A stretch of 64,000 bases of DNA from Candidatus Kapaibacterium sp. (GTDB lineage: Bacteria; Bacteroidota; Ignavibacteria; Kapaibacteriales; UBA2268), in NCBI GenBank assembly GCA_026418625.1, contig JAOABA010000030.1, positions 8,764 through 72,763 of the forward strand, written 5' to 3'. Positions within the stretch are counted from its first letter, which is position 1; each line of letters starts with the position of its first letter. Shown here piece after piece: positions 58,822 to 64,000 of the stretch. Under the pieces are notes generated by a model, which saw only the letters and a program-made list of their open reading frames with translations, did not search any database and was not told where the DNA came from. The translations under genes were made by a program, and so were the position numbers.

Positions 58822-61800
58822 ATGAAAACATTAATTACTACCCTTCTATTTGTTTTTCTTTGCTTCGGAGTTATGCAAGCACAAGAAAGAACACTGTCGG
58901 GCAAAGTTACTAACCAGAAAGGGGAACCCCTTATTGGAGTAACGGTTATGGTCAAAGGTTCAGCTGTTGGTACATATACCAAATCCGGAGGAGTTTACAA
59001 ATTAACTGTTCCGCGTGGAGCAAAAAGCCTTATCTTCCGTGTTGTTGGTATGAAAACAAAGGAAATCGAAATTGGAACAAGTGATGAAATCAATGCTGTT
59101 CTTGAAGAAGATGTCGTTAGAACCGAGGAAATCGTTGTAACAGCAATTGGTTTGGAAAGGGAGAAAAAGTCAATCGGATATGCCATTGAGGATATTAAAG
59201 GGGCAAGAATTTCCGAATCAAAGACAACAAATGTTTTGAATGCTCTTACTGGCAAGGTAGCTGGTGTTCAGATAACCAATTCATCTGGTTCTGCTGGATC
59301 ATCAGCATTTATTAAAATAAGAGGTATTTCCTCAATAACTGGTTCAAATCAACCTTTATTTATTGTTGATGGTATTCCTATTGACAACTCAATGGTCTAT
59401 AGTGGTAACCCTGACGATGGAAGCAATAACTTGCTTTATAGTGTTGATTATTCAAACAGAGCCATAGACATTAACCCAGATGATATTGAGTCAATAACTG
59501 TTCTAAAAGGTCCTGCTGCAACCGCTCTATATGGTATTAGAGCTGCAAGTGGTGCAATTGTGATAACAACAAAAAAAGGTGGTTTAGGAATTGGTGAAAA
59601 AATAAATGTTAGCTTTACATCAACAATGGCTTTTGAAGAAGTAAACAAAATGCCCGAAATGCAAATGACCTATGCTCAAGGTCAATGGGTGGATGCCAAT
59701 GGAAAAAGATATGGACAAAGTGGTTTTGATATCAATACCGCTAAACCAACCTACAGAGGACCTACAACTGGTGAAGCTCTATCTTGGGGTCCAAAAATAT
59801 CTGATTTAGCTTGGGATGGAACTTCTAACAACAGGTTTGATAAAAATGGAAATGTCGTTCCAGCAAATGATCCCAATGCAAAAATACCAATGCGTCCCTA
59901 TGATAATGTTGCTGATTTCTTCAGAACTGGCTCTGCTTATACACAATCATTGAGTATGGCTGGTGGTGGTGATTTTGCTACCTTTTATCTCTCTTTATCA
60001 AATCAGAAGAATTCTGGCGTTATTCCAAGAGATCAATTCGAAAGATCAACAGTTAAACTAACTGGAGAATCTAACATTTCAAGGAACTTCAGAGCAAGTG
60101 GTTCAATCAGCTATTCAAAAACTGGCGGAACAAGAATTCAAAAAGGCTCTAATACTTCGGGTGTTATGCTTGGTCTGTTGAGAACTCCTCCTTCATTTGA
60201 TAATTCTAACGGTTTTGGGGAAGATGCAGCTGATAAACCTGAAGCCTATATGTTTGCCAATGGAACACAAAGAACATATAGAGGTGGTGGTGGTTATGAT
60301 AATCCTTTCTGGACTGTTAATCGTAACCCGTTTACTGATAATGTTAATAGGTTTATTGGTTATTTCCAATTGAACTATTATATAACTGATTGGTTTGATG
60401 TTATGTATAGGGTTGGATTGGATAATTACACCGACAAACGTAAACAAATTTTTGCACTTTACTCAAGAACTGTCCCAACAGGAAGGACTTACGAACACGA
60501 ATTAACAAGTAACCAGTTTAATTCAGATCTTATTTTGACTTTCACACAAAAACTCACTGAGGATATTGGTGCAAAATTATTAATTGGTAATAACTTGTTT
60601 GAGGATTACTCAACAAGTTTATATGTTCAAGCAGATAATATAATCATTCCAAACTTTTATCATATTTCGAATTTCTCTGGTGCCTTCCAACGAGAGAATA
60701 AAGATAAATTGAGAAGAATGGCACTTTATGGTGATTTAACAGTTGATTATCTCGAGTGGTTATACTTCAATGGAACTATTCGATGGGAAAAATCAACCAC
60801 TTTACCGAAAGATAATAATGCATTTATGTATGGGTCTGCAAACCTTAGCTTTGTATTTACCGATGCATTTAAAGATGCTTTCAAAGATTCCTTTATGTCT
60901 TTTGGAAAAGTTAGAATGAACTATGCTGTTGTAGGTAAAGATGCTCCAATGTATTCAACCTCAACTCCCTTTACAGCATCAACATTAGCTGATGGTTGGG
61001 TTGATGGTATTTCTTTCCCATTCTTAAATGTTGTTGGATATGCTAAAGATTTGGTTCTTGGAACTCAAGAATTAAAACCAGAAAAGACAACTTCATTGGA
61101 ATTTGGTTTGAATATGGCTTTTCTCGATGGATTGTTCGATGTTGATTTAACTTACTATGATTCAAAGAGTGTTGACCAAATTTTTGCTGTTCGTATCGCA
61201 AGAACAACCGGTTATGCTTTTAGAATTGTCAATGCTGGTGAAATAACAAATAAAGGTTTTGAAGGAATCTTGAATATTCATCCTTTCAGAGGTGATGATT
61301 TTAATTGGACATTCAGTCTTAATTTCTCAACAAATAAAAATATGGTTGAAAAATTAGCACCGGGTATTGAAAATCTATTTATTGGTGGTTTCGAAGGTTC
61401 AAGTATTCGTGCAGTTGCAGGGAAGCCTTATGGGACTATCTTTGGTTTTGGATTTTTGAAGGATCCTGCTACAGGAAAAACAGTCATTGATGACGATCCA
61501 AACAGTCCAAACTATGGTTATCCAATACTTGATCCAAATGAAAAAGATTTTGGAAGTGCTAATCCTGATTGGTTAATGGGTATAAATAATACATTTTCTT
61601 ATGCAGGCTTCACATTAAGTTTCCTTTTTGATATAAAACAAGGTGGTGTTCTTTGGAATGGAACTAAGGGTGCTTTATATTATTTTGGAACTCATAAAGA
61701 AACTGAAATAAGAGGGACTACTAAAGTATTTGATGGTGTCAAAGGGCATTATGATCAAGATGGAAAATTGGTAACGGCTGGTCCCAATGACATTCAGGCA

Positions 61801-62121
61801 AAAATGGATCAAGCTTGGTTAGCATTCGGTAACGGTAATGGTTTTATTGGTTCGAACACTGAAGATTTCGTTGAGGATGCAAGCTGGGTAAGACTTCGTG
61901 AACTAAGTCTCAGTTATCAGTTGCCGAAATCAATAGTTGAATATACTCCATTCAGTGAAATCGGTTTAACATTTACCGGTCGAAATCTATGGTTAAGCAC
62001 TCCATACACAGGAATTGATCCCGAAACAAGCTTAACAGGTGCTTCGAATGCTCAAGGTTTGGATTATTTCAATATGCCGGGCGTTCGTTCATATAATTTT
62101 TCAATCAATGTCAAGTTCTAA
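58822..62121 (+). CDS. susC: SusC/RagA-family TonB-dependent outer membrane transporter
   Basis: Signal peptide from ATG 58822, N-terminal extension, VVTAIG, QPLFIVDGIP, DINPDDIESITVLKGPAATALYG, RLRELSL.Y, C-terminal F. Confidence 0.93.
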   Translation: MKTLITTLLFVFLCFGVMQAQERTLSGKVTNQKGEPLIGVTVMVKGSAVGTYTKSGGVYKLTVPRGAKSLIFRVVGMKTKEIEIGTSDEINAVLEEDVVRTEEIVVTAIGLEREKKSIGYAIEDIKGARISESKTTNVLNALTGKVAGVQITNSSGSAGSSAFIKIRGISSITGSNQPLFIVDGIPIDNSMVYSGNPDDGSNNLLYSVDYSNRAIDINPDDIESITVLKGPAATALYGIRAASGAIVITTKKGGLGIGEKINVSFTSTMAFEEVNKMPEMQMTYAQGQWVDANGKRYGQSGFDINTAKPTYRGPTTGEALSWGPKISDLAWDGTSNNRFDKNGNVVPANDPNAKIPMRPYDNVADFFRTGSAYTQSLSMAGGGDFATFYLSLSNQKNSGVIPRDQFERSTVKLTGESNISRNFRASGSISYSKTGGTRIQKGSNTSGVMLGLLRTPPSFDNSNGFGEDAADKPEAYMFANGTQRTYRGGGGYDNPFWTVNRNPFTDNVNRFIGYFQLNYYITDWFDVMYRVGLDNYTDKRKQIFALYSRTVPTGRTYEHELTSNQFNSDLILTFTQKLTEDIGAKLLIGNNLFEDYSTSLYVQADNIIIPNFYHISNFSGAFQRENKDKLRRMALYGDLTVDYLEWLYFNGTIRWEKSTTLPKDNNAFMYGSANLSFVFTDAFKDAFKDSFMSFGKVRMNYAVVGKDAPMYSTSTPFTASTLADGWVDGISFPFLNVVGYAKDLVLGTQELKPEKTTSLEFGLNMAFLDGLFDVDLTYYDSKSVDQIFAVRIARTTGYAFRIVNAGEITNKGFEGILNIHPFRGDDFNWTFSLNFSTNKNMVEKLAPGIENLFIGGFEGSSIRAVAGKPYGTIFGFGFLKDPATGKTVIDDDPNSPNYGYPILDPNEKDFGSANPDWLMGINNTFSYAGFTLSFLFDIKQGGVLWNGTKGALYYFGTHKETEIRGTTKVFDGVKGHYDQDGKLVTAGPNDIQAKMDQAWLAFGNGNGFIGSNTEDFVEDASWVRLRELSLSYQLPKSIVEYTPFSEIGLTFTGRNLWLSTPYTGIDPETSLTGASNAQGLDYFNMPGVRSYNFSINVKF

Positions 62122-62154
62122 TTTAAGTTTGTCCAATTAATTAGTAGAATAACT

Positions 62155-63510
62155 ATGAAAAATAAAATAATTATAATTTTGGCAACATTTCTTGTAGTAT
62201 TGACTGCTTGCGATCAATGGATTGATACGGGGTTAAATAACGATCCAACCAAACCCTCAGACGTTTCTTTAAACGTTCTTCTTCCGACAACGCAGTCTTA
62301 CTATGCATTTTTGCAGGGAGGTGACATATTTAGGTTCACTAATATGTTTACTCAACATTTGACAGGTATTCTTCGACAACATTCTGGTATTTATCAATAT
62401 ATTTTCACTGAATCCGATGTTGATAATCTTTGGAATTCTTTATATGCTGATGCAATGCAGAATATGAATATTCTTATTGAAAAATCTAAAGCTTCAAATT
62501 CTCCATATTATCAGGGTATTGGCGAAGTAATGATGGCATTAGCTATTGGAACAACAACAGATATTTGGGGTGATGTTCCATTTTCAGAAGCTCTTAAAGG
62601 AGAAGCTAATCTTACACCTAAATACGATTCTCAAGAACAGATTTATAACAAAATTTTCGAATTATTAAATTCGGCAATTGCTAATTTAGCCGCTACAAGC
62701 AGCACTTTTACTCCAGCCGGGGATGATTTAATTTTTAAGGGGGACAAAGCAAAATGGACTAAAGCTGCTTATTCCCTTCTTGCAAGATATTATCTACATA
62801 TCAAAAGATATGATGATGCTTTAAATGCCATTGCTAAAGCACAAACTGCAGTAACTGATGATTTTATTTTCAATTTCGGAACCAAAGGCAACGAAGCAAA
62901 CCCAATCTATCAATTTATGGAGCAACGTGGCGATATCTCTATGGGAGCGGCTTTAATGAAGATTATGAACGATGTTAATGATCCAAGATTACCTTTCTAT
63001 GCTGAAAAAGATAATAATGACAAATATTCTGAAGAATCAACTTTAGGACCCTACTATTACAGAAGCGAAGCTCCTATTCATTTCACTACTTATGCTGAAA
63101 TGAAATTCATTGAAGCTGAATGTAAATTTGCTAAAGCTGATAACAAAGGTGCTTATGATGCTTATCTTGAAGGTATTAAAGCTTCTTGTGCAAGATATGG
63201 TGTTGCTCAGGCAGACATTGATGCTTTTGTTGCTGATCCAGCTATTGCAGTAGGTGAAAATAATATCACATTAGAAAAAATTATGACTCAAAAATATGTT
63301 GCTATGTATTGCACTCCAGAAACTTGGGTTGATTGGCGTAGAACTAATTTTCCAAAACTAACCCCCATTAGTGGAACTCAAATACCTCGAAGATTTCCCT
63401 ATGCACAATCAGAGAGGTTATTCAATGGTGCAAATCTTCAGGCAGCTGTTCCAACTGCAAGCTCTCCAAACTTTATTTTCTCAAAAGTATGGTGGGACAC
63501 AAAGTGGTAA
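62155..63510 (+). CDS. susD: SusD/RagB-family lipoprotein
   Basis: Lipobox LTAC, TD.WGDVPFSEA, DPRL, I.TQKY, E.W.DWRRT.FP, WWD; follows susC. Confidence 0.92.
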   Translation: MKNKIIIILATFLVVLTACDQWIDTGLNNDPTKPSDVSLNVLLPTTQSYYAFLQGGDIFRFTNMFTQHLTGILRQHSGIYQYIFTESDVDNLWNSLYADAMQNMNILIEKSKASNSPYYQGIGEVMMALAIGTTTDIWGDVPFSEALKGEANLTPKYDSQEQIYNKIFELLNSAIANLAATSSTFTPAGDDLIFKGDKAKWTKAAYSLLARYYLHIKRYDDALNAIAKAQTAVTDDFIFNFGTKGNEANPIYQFMEQRGDISMGAALMKIMNDVNDPRLPFYAEKDNNDKYSEESTLGPYYYRSEAPIHFTTYAEMKFIEAECKFAKADNKGAYDAYLEGIKASCARYGVAQADIDAFVADPAIAVGENNITLEKIMTQKYVAMYCTPETWVDWRRTNFPKLTPISGTQIPRRFPYAQSERLFNGANLQAAVPTASSPNFIFSKVWWDTKW

Positions 63511-63526
63511 TTTAGCATTTTTTCAT

Positions 63527-63561
63527 AAGGGGCTGTTCATTTTTGAACAGTCCCTTTTTTT
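63527..63561 (+). terminator. Terminator after susD
   Basis: aaggggctgttca-tttt-tgaacagtccc followed by 7 T. Confidence 0.85.
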
Positions 63562-63928
63562 ATTTCTTCACTTTATACCAAAAATATAAGTAGCTTATTC
63601 CTAAAATTGGAAAAAACCAAAAATAAAAACCTAACCAAGCATTTCCAGTAAATATTAAATTTATTAGCCAGAAAGCAAAACTACCAGCTAAAACCAAAAT
63701 TCCCGCTATGATTTTTTTCCAAAATGAATATATAATTCCAACTATAATAATAAAGAAACACAATAACAAAAGGTTTTCTCTGGCTGTTAATTCAAAAAAA
63801 TTTGGAATCCCATTCCCGAATATAAAAGCCAAGAGAAAGGCAAGCGTTACAATACCAATAAAATTTATTATCCAATTTGATATTCTAAAGAAATCTAATT
63901 TGAACTTAGTTTTTCGTCGTCGTGGCAT
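63560..63928 (-). CDS. Hypothetical four-TM membrane protein
   Basis: 122 aa, four hydrophobic segments, SD AAGGA upstream. Confidence 0.7.
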   Translation of the reverse strand: MPRRRKTKFKLDFFRISNWIINFIGIVTLAFLLAFIFGNGIPNFFELTARENLLLLCFFIIIVGIIYSFWKKIIAGILVLAGSFAFWLINLIFTGNAWLGFYFWFFPILGISYLYFWYKVKK

Positions 63929-64000
63929 TTGTTTCCTTATTTAATAAATCTACTGGTAAGGTTGGTTTTGTTATTAAATTCGTAAATATATCCCATTTTT

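Noticed and set aside
498-63944. Many 60-93 aa ORFs antisense or out of frame within well-identified genes
   Set aside because: Shadow ORFs with no motifs or start signals

Overview
AT-rich bacterial chromosome segment. Gene content (fused CcoNO, SusC/SusD, exbB-exbD-exbD-tonB, two-subunit GcvP, TAnnTTTG-like promoters plus real Shine-Dalgarno sites) suggests an FCB-group organism of the Ignavibacteria/Kapabacteria/Chlorobi neighbourhood; this is inference only. Most of the window is housekeeping: tpiA, pgsA, HU, pyrB, prmC, a TonB motor cluster, yceD-rpmF-plsX-fabHDG-acpP-fabF-rnc-gcvPB, fbaB, rlpA, rluB, a full cbb3 oxidase operon, an acyl-CoA carboxyltransferase, sodB, an Rrf2-suf operon, a zeaxanthin-type carotenoid cluster and a SusC/SusD pair. 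Two small genes missing from the ORF track were read by hand (rpmF, ccoS). The most interesting parts are: (1) a putative sulfur-oxyanion operon of Cys-rich MerR, octaheme tetrathionate-reductase-family cytochrome, cytochrome b, two YeeE/YedE proteins (the second fused to a rhodanese and ending in a SoxY-like IGGC tail) and a zinc-ribbon protein; (2) an AAA-ATPase/HTH/nuclease-like gene bracketed by two identical 81-bp direct repeats and preceded by a 32-bp palindrome; (3) a 35-codon upstream ORF ending in RPP before SusC; (4) a long hairpin between acpP and fabF-rnc, a possible RNase III site; (5) nested palindromic/MITE-like repeats after rlpA; (6) a PaaE-like ferredoxin reductase inside the suf operon. 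No tRNA, rRNA, CRISPR array, integrase or transposase was seen. No database searches were run.
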